Part shown: positions 38,660 to 50,159 of the stretch, one piece after another
Layout of the letters: every line of letters begins with the position of its first letter
How positions within the stretch are numbered: position 1 is the first letter of the stretch
Origin: Chiloscyllium plagiosum
Taxonomy: Eukaryota
Direction: 5' to 3'
Length of the DNA stretch: 51,159 nucleotides
Assembly: GCF_004010195.1 (NCBI RefSeq)
Contig: NC_057750.1
Coordinates: 498,219-549,377, forward strand
Notes under the pieces: model-generated
The model's input: the letters and a program-made list of their open reading frames with translations, nothing else
What the model was told of the DNA's origin: nothing
Database searches by the model: none
Translations under genes and position numbers: made by a program

Positions 38660-39263
38660 AATGATTCCATCTTCTAGCAAGACGTTCCTTGTGAAAGACT
38701 TAGTTGCTGGACGAGACTATGACCTATGTGTTCTGGCTGTCTATGATGATGGAATTACCACTTTGACTGCGACACGGGCTGTAGGCTGTGTACAGTTCAC
38801 CACAGAGAAGGAATACACACAGTGTCGATCCATGCACACCCAGTTCCTTGGTGGGACCATGATCATCATCATTGGTGGCATCATTGTGGCCTCTGTGTTG
38901 GTTTTCATCATCATCCTTATGATCAGATACAAAGTCTACAATAACACTGGGGAACACAAGACTAAGGTCAGTAACGTTTACTCACAGACTAATGGAAGTC
39001 AGAATGGGGCCATGCCACCATCAACCTCAAAACTGTTGGAAAGTCGAGAGGAACATGTCCAGGAGATGTTGCCAGATGCTCCCAAAGGAACCTTGGCCGT
39101 GGCTTTGACTACAGATTACGATAAAGCCTCTGTCACTCAAAGCCCATCTTTTCCCACAGAGGATATAACTCCTCATAAGCGAAGGAGAACTCGGACAGAT
39201 GTGCCATTCTCTTCTAAGGAGATTCAAGGCGAGGACCAAGGTAGCACATCAACAGAACCCTGA
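38660..39263 (+). CDS. lrfn1l: LRFN/SALM protein, second coding exon: rest of FN3, transmembrane helix, cytoplasmic tail
   Basis: Acceptor ttgttttacAG|A ATG. AG+A rebuilds the Arg codon in frame (YR|MIPS). Encodes [20 protein letters not shown] and the TM segment [30 protein letters not shown]. Stop TGA at 39261-39263. Joined CDS is 1385+604=1989 nt, 662 aa. Confidence 0.93.
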
Positions 39264-40339
39264 AATTCCCAAGTTCTTTGAAGACATTATGTAAAGGAAA
39301 GAGTCAAATTCTACAAATTGTCATAATTCTAGTACTGTTCACAGATAGTCTGGGGTGTTAAATATAAACCAAAAATGTTGGAAATACTCAACAGACAGAC
39401 AATATCTGCAGAGGGACAAATAGAGTCAATGTTTCACACTAATGATGGCCCTTCTACTGCCCTAGCATCTTCATAAGTACCTGCCTAAAAAGGCTGATCT
39501 TAGGGATCAGAAGAACCACAAAATTACAGTCTGACATTTTTCCATTTTTACAGATATATATATTTTTGATACCTTGAAGTATGACATTTGGAGATTGCCT
39601 GAAATTCTAGATGCAAGACCTCTGCAGAAATATAAAAATACATAGAACTACTGAGGAAGAGGGATTTATTTTCAGCAAAATCATTAATATGTGGTGCATC
39701 AAATAAAATCAAATACTGCGGATGCTGCATATCTGAATCACAGCCAAAACATGCTGGAATGCTCAGTTCCATCTCAGCGCAGTCTCTGCTGCTCAGAAAT
39801 GTTTTTAATTTCTTTCATTCTGCTTATATCATCTTATTTTCATTTTATTTCATCTGTATAACCTCCTCCTGTTTTTCATTTCAGTACATTGCATGCTATC
39901 CAGCCTCCCTGTGATGCGTGAGTATAAGAGGGTGTACATATGTGTGTCTGACTGGATGTGATATGTGTTGGTGTTTCTCCATGAGCTCCCCCCTCCTTTC
40001 CACCAACCCCCACTTACACCTTTCTGCTCACATCCGTTCCTAACTGGATTACAGTTTCAATGTGCCCCCTCTACAGTTTCTTCATCTTCTGACAAAGACT
40101 GTTCATAATTACAACGTTTAAAAGCACCTGGATGGAGACATGAATAGGAAGAGTTTAGGTGGATATAGGTCATGTGCTGGCAAATGGGACTGGATTACTT
40201 TAGGATTTCTGGTCGGCATGGACAATTTGGACCCAATGGTCTGTTTCTGTGCTGTACAGCTCCATGACTCTATAAATAGTTACTCTGTTCACTTTTTTCA
40301 GCACTTCTTAGAGTTTCATTGAACATGTTATTTCATGGT

Positions 40340-40505
40340 CAGAAGTCAGACAACATCATGTTATAGTCCAACAGGTTAATTTGAAATCACAAGCTTTCAC
40401 AACGTTGCCCACGTGATTTCAAATAAACTCATTGGACCATAACCTGGTGCTGTCTGACCTCTGACCCTGACCACCCCAGTCCAACACCGGCATCTCCACA
40501 TCATT
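40340..40505. mobile_element. Decayed fold-back PLE fragment (family B)
   Basis: gttatagtccaacagg..tttgaaatcac / gtgatttcaaataaac..ttggaccataacctgg, then ccccagtccaacaccggcatctccacatca. Confidence 0.65.
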
Positions 40506-42339
40506 TGTTTTCATGCCAGCTGCCAGTGGCAGATAATGGGGCGGTTTGACTCTTGAAATTGATGATTTTGTCAGGTGACTGTTTGCACTATAGGTGCTCT
40601 GCATGTAGGCTCCTGGTGCTAAAGGGGATCTGCCCTTTGTCACCCACTCGCAGACTGCAATGTTTGTTTTTTTCAAACCAGCATTGCAAAGTTTGCACAA
40701 AAGGGCAGCCACGCTTATTCAACTTAAATTCAAAAGAAACATTTCGGATAAGAACCAGATGCCTGAATCTGAGGAGAGTTTGGATTTGCTAACTGAAGAC
40801 AGATGAAAGCAAAGATTAAAATAATTGAAGTCACTCAGACTATCAGCTGGTAATCTTTAAAAACGCATGAGAGTATCAGGTCAGCTTAACCATCTCATAA
40901 TTTGATAAATTACCGGCTATTACTGTCATAATGCTACCAGACTATGAAGGGATGGGGGATGGGGGTTGGGTGCAAGCTTTATTATTTTAATATGGGGACC
41001 AAGTAATATGATATGGGCTTTAGAAATGGAGCAAACAACGTTTTAACAGCTTGTTCTCTTGAATCTCTTTTCCAATATTTTTAGTTTTACTTTTTATTGC
41101 TTATAATCTCACACTCATTTCTCCCTCACCCCATCCTTCTGCTGTTCATTAAGTAATGGAGTGATAGCCATGATTGGTTGAAATCTAATACCGAAAGCCA
41201 CTTTCTCTAATCGGAGGGGTGAGCATTAAGCTTTGACCTGGTTTTAGTGTTTTCAATGTTCGTGATTTGCTCGCATGTCCATTTCTTTCCTGGAATTACT
41301 TTAACGTTTGGAATTCATATAGGAGATTTAAACGTGCAAAAAACTCCATTTTAGTTACCCACATAAATCACAGGCCTTAACAAGCTCTTCAGTTCGTGAG
41401 GCTTGTGAATGAATCATGATTGTATTTGTCAGAGCACGCAGCATTCATTGCGGGTGAAGTTGATTTGCATCATAAATAGCAACTGAAGTGCTCAAAATTC
41501 TCACAACCAACAGACTCTGAGTCCGTACGCAATAGTCTGGACAGCTTCTCCAACTCTCAGCTCACGCAGTGTGAGGCCCTGGTCATGTAGGAGGAGGCTC
41601 GTTGGTCCACTGATCCCGATGCTGATCTTTTGAAGGATCTGTACTCTTTCATAGAGTCAGACAGCATGGAAACAGACCCTTTGGTCCAACTGGTCTATCC
41701 AGTGAGTTCTGGCTACTGATTGTAATGAGGTCAGCCTACTGGACCTCATATGACATGAGTCCCCTGGTTGGGGCTGTTAATCTGGCTGACATAAATGGAT
41801 GAATATTAGGGATATTGAGACCCTGAATACCTGACTCAGTCAGAGGCAATGTTATTGTCAAAGGCTATACATTTGTAAATAAAAGGTGATTGGTGATGGG
41901 ATGCAGCCTCTGAAGAGTTATTTCAAGTTCTATTTCCATGCTTTCACCATAGCCCTGCTGATTTTTCCTTTTAAATATTAAACCAATTCCATTTTGTTTG
42001 GGAGTTGAATCCACTGCACTTTCAAGATTGCAATAGCTCACAATGTTCCTTTGATCTTTCACATTCTTTTGCCAATTAACTTCAATTTGTTCCTTCTTCT
42101 TACTGATCCTTCTGCAATGGAAACAATTTCTCCTTTTTCACTGTATCAAAATGACTCATGATTTTGGAAACCATACCAACCCACCCCTTTAACCTTCTCT
42201 GCTCTAAGGAGAACAATCCTAGTTTCACCAGTCTCCCCACATGAGTAAAGTCCCTCATTCCCAAAACTATTCCTGGAAATGCCCTCATTAAGGTCTTCTC
42301 TTCCTTCTGAAAGCTTGCTGCTCAGAATTTTGTTTTTTT

Positions 42340-42690
42340 CATTTGATCACAGCATGAAGGCATTGCTGGCTAGGCCAGCATTTATTACCCATCCCTAATT
42401 GCCCAGAGGGTAGCCACAACTCAGCCATGATGTTGTGGGTCTGAAGTCACATGTCGACCAAACCAGGTAAAGATGGAAGTTTCCATCCCTAAAGGGTATT
42501 AGCAGGTCAGATGGATTTTTCCAACAATTGACAATGGATTTGTGGTTATCATTAGATTCTTAATTCCAGGTTTTATTGAATTTAAATTTCACCATCTGCT
42601 GTGACGTGATTCGGACCCAGGTCCCGGGAACATTATCTGGGTCTTTGGATGAACAGTCCAGTGACAATATTACTATGCCATTGCCTCCCC
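42340..42690 (-). mobile_element. SacSINE1-like DeuSINE
   Basis: Same family as 5685-6162. Confidence 0.7.
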
Positions 42691-43392
42691 AGTAGCTGAA
42701 TACAATCCTCTATTTTAAACACAAGCAGTGATTTACAAACGTTTATCATAACACCCTTCCTTTTGAACTAACTGTACTGGGAAAAATAAGGATGCCAAAT
42801 GTTTTACTTTTGATGGGTTTTATCATCTTGTACTGTTAGCTTCAAAAACATTCTCAGACAAGATCCTGGCTTTCCCCAATCCTGCCCATTTTCCAACCAG
42901 ATCATTTTGTTTCTTTTGTGTCTCCTGCTCTTTCTTCCTAAATGCACGTAACTTCACAAATCTCTGTATTAATTTTCACTTGTCATGTGTAATTTCATAC
43001 ATTTCTCCAAGCCCTGCCAAATTCTATTATTATCTTCCTCTCAGTTTCCTGCATTTTCAAGTTTCACTTCATCTGCAAACTTTGAACTTAAGCCGTGTCC
43101 AATCATGAGTAAATAGCAAAAAGGAACCGAAACCTTAGCATTGACCCCTAGGGGTCACGGTTTAAAAAGATGGTGTCTTCCATTTAAGATGGAGATGAGG
43201 AGAACTCTTTGTTCCCCAGAAGGTTGAGAGCCTTTGGAACTCTCACCCTCGGAGGCTGGTGGAGATGGGTCTTTAAACGTTTTTAAGGTAGACATGGATA
43301 AACTTTTGACTGACATTTTGCTGACACCACACATTTTTGCTCCAGTCTGAAAAACAAATATTCATGAATTACTCTCCACTTTCTGTTCTTTG

Positions 43393-43713
43393 ATTAGATT
43401 TCCTACAGTGTGGAAACAGGCCCTTCAGCCCAACTAGTCCACACTGACCCTCCAAAGAGCAACCCACCCAGACCCATTCCCCTACATTTAACCCTGACCA
43501 ATGCACCTAACACTACGGGCAATTTAGCATGGCCCATTCACCTGACTTGCACATCTTTGGACTGTGGGAGGAAACCAGAGCACCCGGAGGAAACCCACAC
43601 AGACACGGGGAGAATGTGCAAACTCCACACAGACAGTTGCCTGAGGCGGGAATTGAACCTGGGTCCCTGGCGCTGTGAGGCAGCAGTGCTAACCACTGAG
43701 CCACCGTGCCGCC
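43393..43713 (-). mobile_element. HE1-like V-SINE, full length
   Basis: gggcggcacggtggctcagtggttagc head, B box, V-domain and tctaa tail on the minus strand. Confidence 0.9.
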
Positions 43714-43989
43714 CATTAGTCAACTTTATATCCAAATAACCACAGTTCCTTATACTCTACAGGCTTTAATATTGTGAACAACACTTTGTCAAGAAAAAAG
43801 TTTTGGAAGTTGAAATGAACAGCAGTTTGTGAGTTAGCTGGAAAGTTAACCTAGGTAACTTATTAACTTAGACAATCATGATAACTGATAAAATGATCAT
43901 GGACTCACCACAGAAGTGGAGGTTCAACCAAGACTCTACTTCCATAGCAACAAAGGTGTAGTTGTTACATTGTCTGGTGATACAAAGAT

Positions 43990-44760
43990 ATGATGTGGAG
44001 GTGCCAGTGTTGGACTGTGAGAGACAAAATCATACAACACCAGGTTATACTCCAACAGGTTTATTTAAAAGCACTAGCTTTCGGAGCGCTGCTCCTTCAT
44101 CAGATGGTTGTAGAGCAGGATCATAAGACACAGAATTTATAGCAAAAGATCACAGTGTCTTGCAACTGCTACGATATATTGAACAAACCTAGATTGCCGT
44201 TAAGTCTTTTAACTTTCAGAATGGGTTGCAGGTTTCAGTTCATTAATATGTAAATCCCAAAACTTCTTTCAAGTCACATTCTCGAGATAACTTAAGGTTT
44301 TATAAAAAAAGGCGATTTCTCATCTGAGGCAATGCATTACAAGTGTTAGGTTAGAGTCTGTCTGTATCCCAATCTTGAGTCAGACTGGCTCTATTTTCAA
44401 AGTAGGAATTTATAAAATGTTACATGGGCTGACTACCTGCAGATGGTGCGCTTTTTGAACAAAATAGAAAGTATCTACACTTACAATTCTGCAAATGCAA
44501 ATTCACCCCGTAGACTTATATGTGTGTGTGCTTGCATGTGCATGAGAGAGAGAGAATGTATGTGTGTGTGGGAGAGTGTGTGAGTGCATGCATGCATGCT
44601 TGGTAGAGTGTGTGCGTGAGTGTGATGGAATATAAGCCTATGAGAGAGTGTGTGCATGGTTGTGAGTGTGGGGTGTGCGTGTGTGTGTCTAAGTCTAAGA
44701 GAGCATGTGTATGATAGAGGGTTTGCTTGAGTGAGTATGTAAAAGTGTGTCTGTGTAAAT
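43990..44760 (-). mobile_element. PLE family B 3' region ending in a (TG)-rich tract
   Basis: Same terminus as 25493-25702; intact hammerhead at 44072-44106. Confidence 0.68.
44072..44106 (-). ncRNA. Minimal hammerhead motif (family B), fully intact
   Basis: Minus strand CAT-CTGATGA-A-GGAGC-AGC-GCTCC-GAA-AGCT-A-GTG: stem I CAU/GUG, 5-bp stem II, self-complementary AGCU, CUA triplet. Confidence 0.75.
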
Positions 44761-44769
44761 CAACTGAGA

Positions 44770-45812
44770 GGATAATAAAGAGAGAGGCTAAAAACAGTGT
44801 GTAGAAATTTGAAAGACGGACTATAATGTAGAATGATGTGAACTTGCCTACTTTGGCAGGAAAAATGAAAGAAAGAATGCTTTATGTAAATGAAGAGGGA
44901 CCTAAGGTGCAGAGGGATCTGGATAGCCTGGTGCACATCAGGTTAGCAGGCAAATCCAACAAGTGAACAGGAAGGCAAGTGGAACGTTGTCATTTATTAC
45001 AAGGGAAATGGAAAATAAGATTAGGAATGTTTTGCTGCTGTTATACAGAGCATTGGTGAGACCATATCTGTAGTACTGTGGACATCTTTGGTCTCCTTAT
45101 TTAATGGAATATTTGAACATGCTGGAATGTTCACTGGACCAATACCTGGAAATGGAGCCAAACGGTTATCTTAAGGAAATGTTGGACAGATTAGGCCTGT
45201 CCCGTTGGACTGATTTTCACTCAAGAGATGACAGCTTGTCCGGTCAGGCCAGCATTTAGTGTCCATCCCTAATTGCTCAGAGAGCAGTTTAGGAGTAACC
45301 CACATTGCTGGGGGTCTGGAGTCACATGTAAGGATAGCAGTTTCCTTCCCTAAAGGGCATTAGTAAACCAGATGGGCTTTTCCAACAACTGAGCTGACTT
45401 TTGGAACCACTATAGTCCAAGTGCTGTCTGTAGGTAGACCGACAATGCAGTTGGGGATTAGAAGAATAAGGTGTTGACATTGTTGAAATGTTTAAGATCC
45501 CAAGGAGAGTTGACAGGATGGATGCTGAAAGGATATTCCCCTCGAAGGGAGACGGCAGCTAGAGGCATCGTTTAAAAAGAAGGTGACTTCCATTTAAGAT
45601 GGAGATGATGAGAACTCTTTTCTCCCAGAGAGATGAGAGTCTTTGGAACTCTCTTCCCCAGAGAGCAGTGCGGATGGGTAACTGGATGTGTTTTAAGGTT
45701 GACTGACAGGGGAGGGGAGGGTCAAAGGGGAAGTAGAGTTGAAACCGCAATCAGATTTTGTTGAATGGTGAGGTAGGGGCTGAATGGCCACCTCCTAATT
45801 TGCATGTTTGTA
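44770..45812 (+). mobile_element. Old CR1 fragment interrupted by a DeuSINE piece (about 45245-45390)
   Basis: ttggtgagaccatatctg.agtactgtg, cagagggatctgg, catttaagatggagatga motifs. Confidence 0.72.
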
Positions 45813-46655
45813 TATTTGGTGCCACTTGAATTTTTTTTTGAGAGGGAGGTGTTAATTGTAACTTTAGTCAGAAAAAAATGCACAACTTGGAATGGTTTGA
45901 GGCATGTCAGTGATAAAGCAGTTTTCAGAAAGAACTAAGTGGCGAAATATAATTTTGAAAGAGCACAGCAAGAAAACAAGAATGATTCCTTGGTCCTGAA
46001 CAAGGGTCAACAGACTTGAGCTGTTAACTCTGTACAGCTCTCTTCATATCCTGCTGAGTTCCTCCAGCAATTTTGTGTTCATTTCAGATTTCCACCATCT
46101 GCAGTTCTTTGTTTATTTTTATATAAGAATGTTTCTTTGTATGGAACAGTAAACACAAAGAGGTTTAGTGTGGATGAGTACCTGGATGATACACTCATTT
46201 TGCCACAGTACAATTCTGAGAGGATTCAGACTTTGTCTTTAACCTAGGCAGAGGCTGAATCACTGTAACTGATCATTGTCCACTGCCTCTTGCTGGATAT
46301 TCTCAATACCTGGATGCTGGAGTGGTCTGATTTAACCTCGGCAGCAATGACATCTCTCCAGCCCTCTGAGTCATGTCTGTCTCACATTCTCAGGCATCAA
46401 ACTTGTGCCACAGGATTGAGAAAAAATCAGGAACAAGAGCAAATTGGATATTCAGAGATGGAATAAAGAATCACGTTAGCTTTTGACACACCCTGAGGAG
46501 CTGACCTATTTTTGTCTTTCGGAAAGGACTCCTGATGTTGCTAAATATAATCTTTGCTTAAAATGTTCCTTAAGTTGTCTTTTGGATCATTTAAACCACA
46601 ATAGAATTGTGAGCAAGAACGATGATGCCCTGAAGCTTTAGTGACTCCACATTCA

Positions 46656-46862
46656 GAGTCAAACAGTGTGGCGCTGGAAAAGCACAGCCTGTCAGGCAGC
46701 ATCTGAGGAGCAGGACAGTCGATGTCTCAGGTATAAGCCCTTCATCAGGAATTCCCGAAACGTTGATTCTCCTGCTCCTCAGATGCTGCCTGACCTGCTG
46801 TGCTTTTCCAGCGCCACACTTTCTAACTCTGATCTCCAGTATCTGCAGTCCTTATCTTCTCC
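46656..46862. mobile_element. Fold-back PLE fragment (family A)
   Basis: Inverted arms at about 46666-46732 and 46754-46821; TSD TGAYTCCACATTCA at 46642-46655 and 46863-46876. Confidence 0.8.
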
Positions 46863-47624
46863 TGATTCCACATTCATGTCCGACAGAAAGTGAGAACTGT
46901 TAAACGTGAGGGGCGTTGGGTCTGGAAAATTTCACTCCTGTGTCCTACCCAAACCCCAAACCGTGGGAGGTAAGAATGGTAGGACTGAGAGGATAATGAC
47001 TAACAAAGAGGTCAGGTAGCTGTGACGTACATAAGATTAGAAATTACCCTGTCAAAATTCAACTCCAAACACTTCTCTCTCTGTCTGGATCACACTAATC
47101 CTTGTCTATTTTATTAATGTTAATAAGCTGATGGAGATGAATGGAAATGAAACCCCCCTGACAGATCAGAGGGGGTAGATTGTTGAAATGCTTTTCCAGT
47201 TTTCCAATCAGGATCTCTCTTGTTCATCCGCTGTAGCCTAATAGGATCAGGAGAGGTCATTTCAGCTTCTCGCCCCTGCTCTATCATTCACTTTGAACTT
47301 GGCTGAACATCCCGCATCCTGCTAATCCCTAACCCAACTCACACCCTCCACACGCCACATGCTTCTTTCATTACTTTGCCATCCAGCCTGCCTTGAGACT
47401 GAAAAGTGTCCCTCTGTGACCCAGACCCAGTCAGTGTTTGACATTAACCGCTCAGTCTTTAATGGGGCTGTGGTCTCTGAATCCTTTCCCTGTTGGTTCA
47501 ATATTTGGGTAATAATAGTCCCGTGCTGTAAAGGGACTCGTTCTTGAATATTGATGGAGTTCTTTTAGTGAATCTGTGTTATCAGCAAAGCAAAAAACCA
47601 ATGTGGGCATTGAGTTAATTGATA

Positions 47625-47717
47625 ACAACAAATGCTGGGGATCACAGCAGGTCAGGCAGCATTCGTGGAGAGAGAGCAAGCTGATGTTTCGTGTCTAGAC
47701 GACTCTTCAGCAGAGTT
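47625..47717 (-). mobile_element. PLE-type fragment with decayed hammerhead (GAGTC stem variant)
   Basis: Minus strand AACT-CTGCTGA-A-GAGTC-GTCTA-GACAC-GAA-ACAT-C-AGCT. Confidence 0.62.
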
Positions 47718-47959
47718 GGTTATTTAGAGTTAATCAGAGTTAATCTGCAACCCTGCTCAGATCACAACCCATGCCCTGTTGGTGTAGTCAGCTATCCCCA
47801 ATCCTAATCTACCATTTCCTCCTTTTCTATTTGTTTTGCCTTGATATTTAGCCAGTAAATATAGTTATTAATCTGAGGCTGAGCTTGGAATATAGTTGGG
47901 AACTGATGGTTTCCAGTGAAATTGCTTGAACTCCAGTTGGTCTGGGATGATGACATCAC

Positions 47960-48297
47960 GGCTGAACGTTATGGTCACTCGGCTATAATCCAGAGACTGG
48001 GTTCAAATCCCACCAGGTCACCTGATGGAGATTAAATCCATAAATCTGAATGTGAAAGCTAGCTCCAGTGATAGCATCTATCATTGACTGTTGTACAAAC
48101 CTAACCTGGTTCACTAATGTCCCTTAGGGAAAGAAATGTGCCACCAATACCCATCCTAGCCCTACATGTGACTCCAGACTGATAGCAATATGGTTGACTC
48201 TTAGCTGCCCCCGGAATGGTTCTTGAGAGACCATCAGTACCAAGGCAATTAGGGATGGGAAAAAAAAACTTGTCAGGGGCACTTACATCCTATGAAA
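47960..48297 (+). mobile_element. SacSINE1-like DeuSINE
   Basis: ggttcaaatcccacc B box, ctggttcactaatgtcccttagggaa, acatgtgactccagac..gcaatatggttgactctta. Confidence 0.72.
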
Positions 48298-48564
48298 AGC
48301 TAAATAACTGGAAACATAGAATGTTGGAAGTACATAACAACATCTTTCCATGTCCTAAGGCAATATAGAAATGTAAAACATCCAAAGATATTTCCCAGAC
48401 AGATATTGCCTCCGTGAGGCAAATGATGAATGACTCGTTCATGCGATGAGTCTTGAGGAGGATCTAAAATGAGGAAAAAGAGAGGTGGAGAGATTTTGGG
48501 AGTATGTTCCCGTGTTGCTCGTGAAGGCAAAGCTCTTAATGTTGACATGAAGGAAATCAGGCTG

Positions 48565-48900
48565 ACAAGGGGTTTAGATAGGGTAGACAGGGAGAGCATT
48601 TTTCCAAGTATGGTGACGGTGAGCATGAGGGGGCATGCCTTTAAATTGAGGGGTGATAGATATAGGACATATGTCAGAGATAGTTTCTTTACTCAGAGAG
48701 TAGTAAGGGTATGGAATGCTTTGCCTGCAACGGTAGTAGATTCGCCAACTTTAAGTACATTTAAGTCGTCATTGGACAAGCATATGGACGTACATGGAAT
48801 AGTGTAGATGGGATGGGCTTCAGATTGGTATGACAGGGCAGCACAACATCGAGGGCCGAAGGGCCTGCACTGCTGTAATGTTCTATGTTCTATATGTTCT
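48565..48900 (+). mobile_element. CR1 3' end with (GTTCTAT)n tail
   Basis: RGLDRVDRESIFP..RGHAFKLRG..FFTQRVVRVWNALP. Confidence 0.88.
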
Positions 48901-49019
48901 AAGAGGCAGAATGCAGATATCTCTGAGGTTGTGAGGTTGGAGGAGATTACAGAGATGGGGCTGGGGTCACAGATGCATAGGAACTGATGAGAATTCCAAG
49001 TTGATTTGGATAAAGATGC

Positions 49020-49127
49020 TCGAAACATCGACTCTCCTGCTCCTCGGATGCTGCCTGACCTGCTGTGTTTTTCCAATACCACACTCTCGACTCTGATCTC
49101 CAGTATCTGCAGTCCTCACTTTCTCCT
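49020..49127 (+). mobile_element. PLE terminal fragment (family A), truncated inside the hammerhead
   Basis: Starts at cgaaacatcg; direct repeat GGATAAAG at 49008-49015 and 49129-49136. Confidence 0.75.
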
Positions 49128-50159
49128 GGGATAAAGGTCTGACAAAGGTCTGAGTGAAGACTGATTGTTAATGGGTAGTGCAAGCTAGGAGACTGATACC
49201 AATTTTGGAGGTGCTTACGTTAACACACACACTGGAAGGTGGGATCTCGGAAGGAAAGTCATGGAACAGTGAAGTCTGGAAGATGCTGGGATTGACTGTG
49301 GAAGGAGCTGCCAACAGCTCAAGCTGAAGAGTGAGTGACCATCAAAGAGGCAGTGCCTGATGGAGAAAATAGACTGAATTGGACCGAAGTCTGTCAGAGG
49401 GACAAATCCTGAGGTTATTCTCCCTTTCCAGCTTTTCTGGTTTCTAATTCTGTGCTTTGCCCTACTTTGCGTGAAAGTTAATTAAAAGCTCCTGCTAACT
49501 CAAGTCAGCAGGAACAGAGAAATGAATTAAACTTCACCCAGTTGGTGTCACCCATTGCTGACATCTGCTCCTCAATACGAGCTGTTATCTAAATTTGATC
49601 AGTACAGGGGGCAAATTACATCCAATTTTCAGATATCAGATTCGCAAGGCCAGACTATAAACAAGCTCAGATTTTACATGTGTTTCTGATAAGTTTTGCT
49701 ATTGGGACAGATCACTCACAGCTTGTAATGTGACCTTATCTTTTACTTCCTCTGGATATTTTGTCTTTAACAAATAACAATTTTATGTGAAATTCCCCTC
49801 AGAGTCCATATATGCTCTTTCAGAAATCTCAAATTTATTTCCACTCCTCTAACTCAGAGATCAAGAGAACTAGCTATCAGTCTTTCTCTTGTCTCTCTCT
49901 CTCGTCATTTCTTAATAATCGTACTCCCTCTGTCTAAAATTAAACTTCCACAAGCAATCTCCCAGTTCGCTCCCACAGCACTGCTCCCTAAACTTTGCAG
50001 AAATTTGGCAAGATAAAATATTGCAAATGGAGTTTATCATTTTTCTGGACTTTTCCTCAAATTATTGAGAAAAATCAAGAAAGTCCTCAACAGAAATTTA
50101 ACTCATTGGCCTCTGATCATTGTCCCTATATCCACTCTGCTCCTGGCCCAAGGAATCCT

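Noticed and set aside
39702..39707. AATAAA as the LRFN polyadenylation signal
   Set aside because: It sits at the edge of a repeat-derived fragment and such hexamers are common; cannot be assigned without transcripts.
41514..41590. Possible alternative last exon (DSESVRNSLDSFSNSQLTQCEALVM*) in phase with a donor at 39240
   Set aside because: The acceptor lacks a polypyrimidine tract, the donor is weak, and I see no resemblance to LRFN tails.
41721..41925. TG...CA segment with AATAAA resembling a solo LTR (similar impression at about 6810-7922)
   Set aside because: No matching TSD, primer-binding site or second copy in the window.
43640..43713. tRNA-like sequences with A and B boxes (also near 3590-3655, 21890 and 32311)
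   Set aside because: These are SINE heads continuing into the V-domain, not stand-alone tRNA genes.
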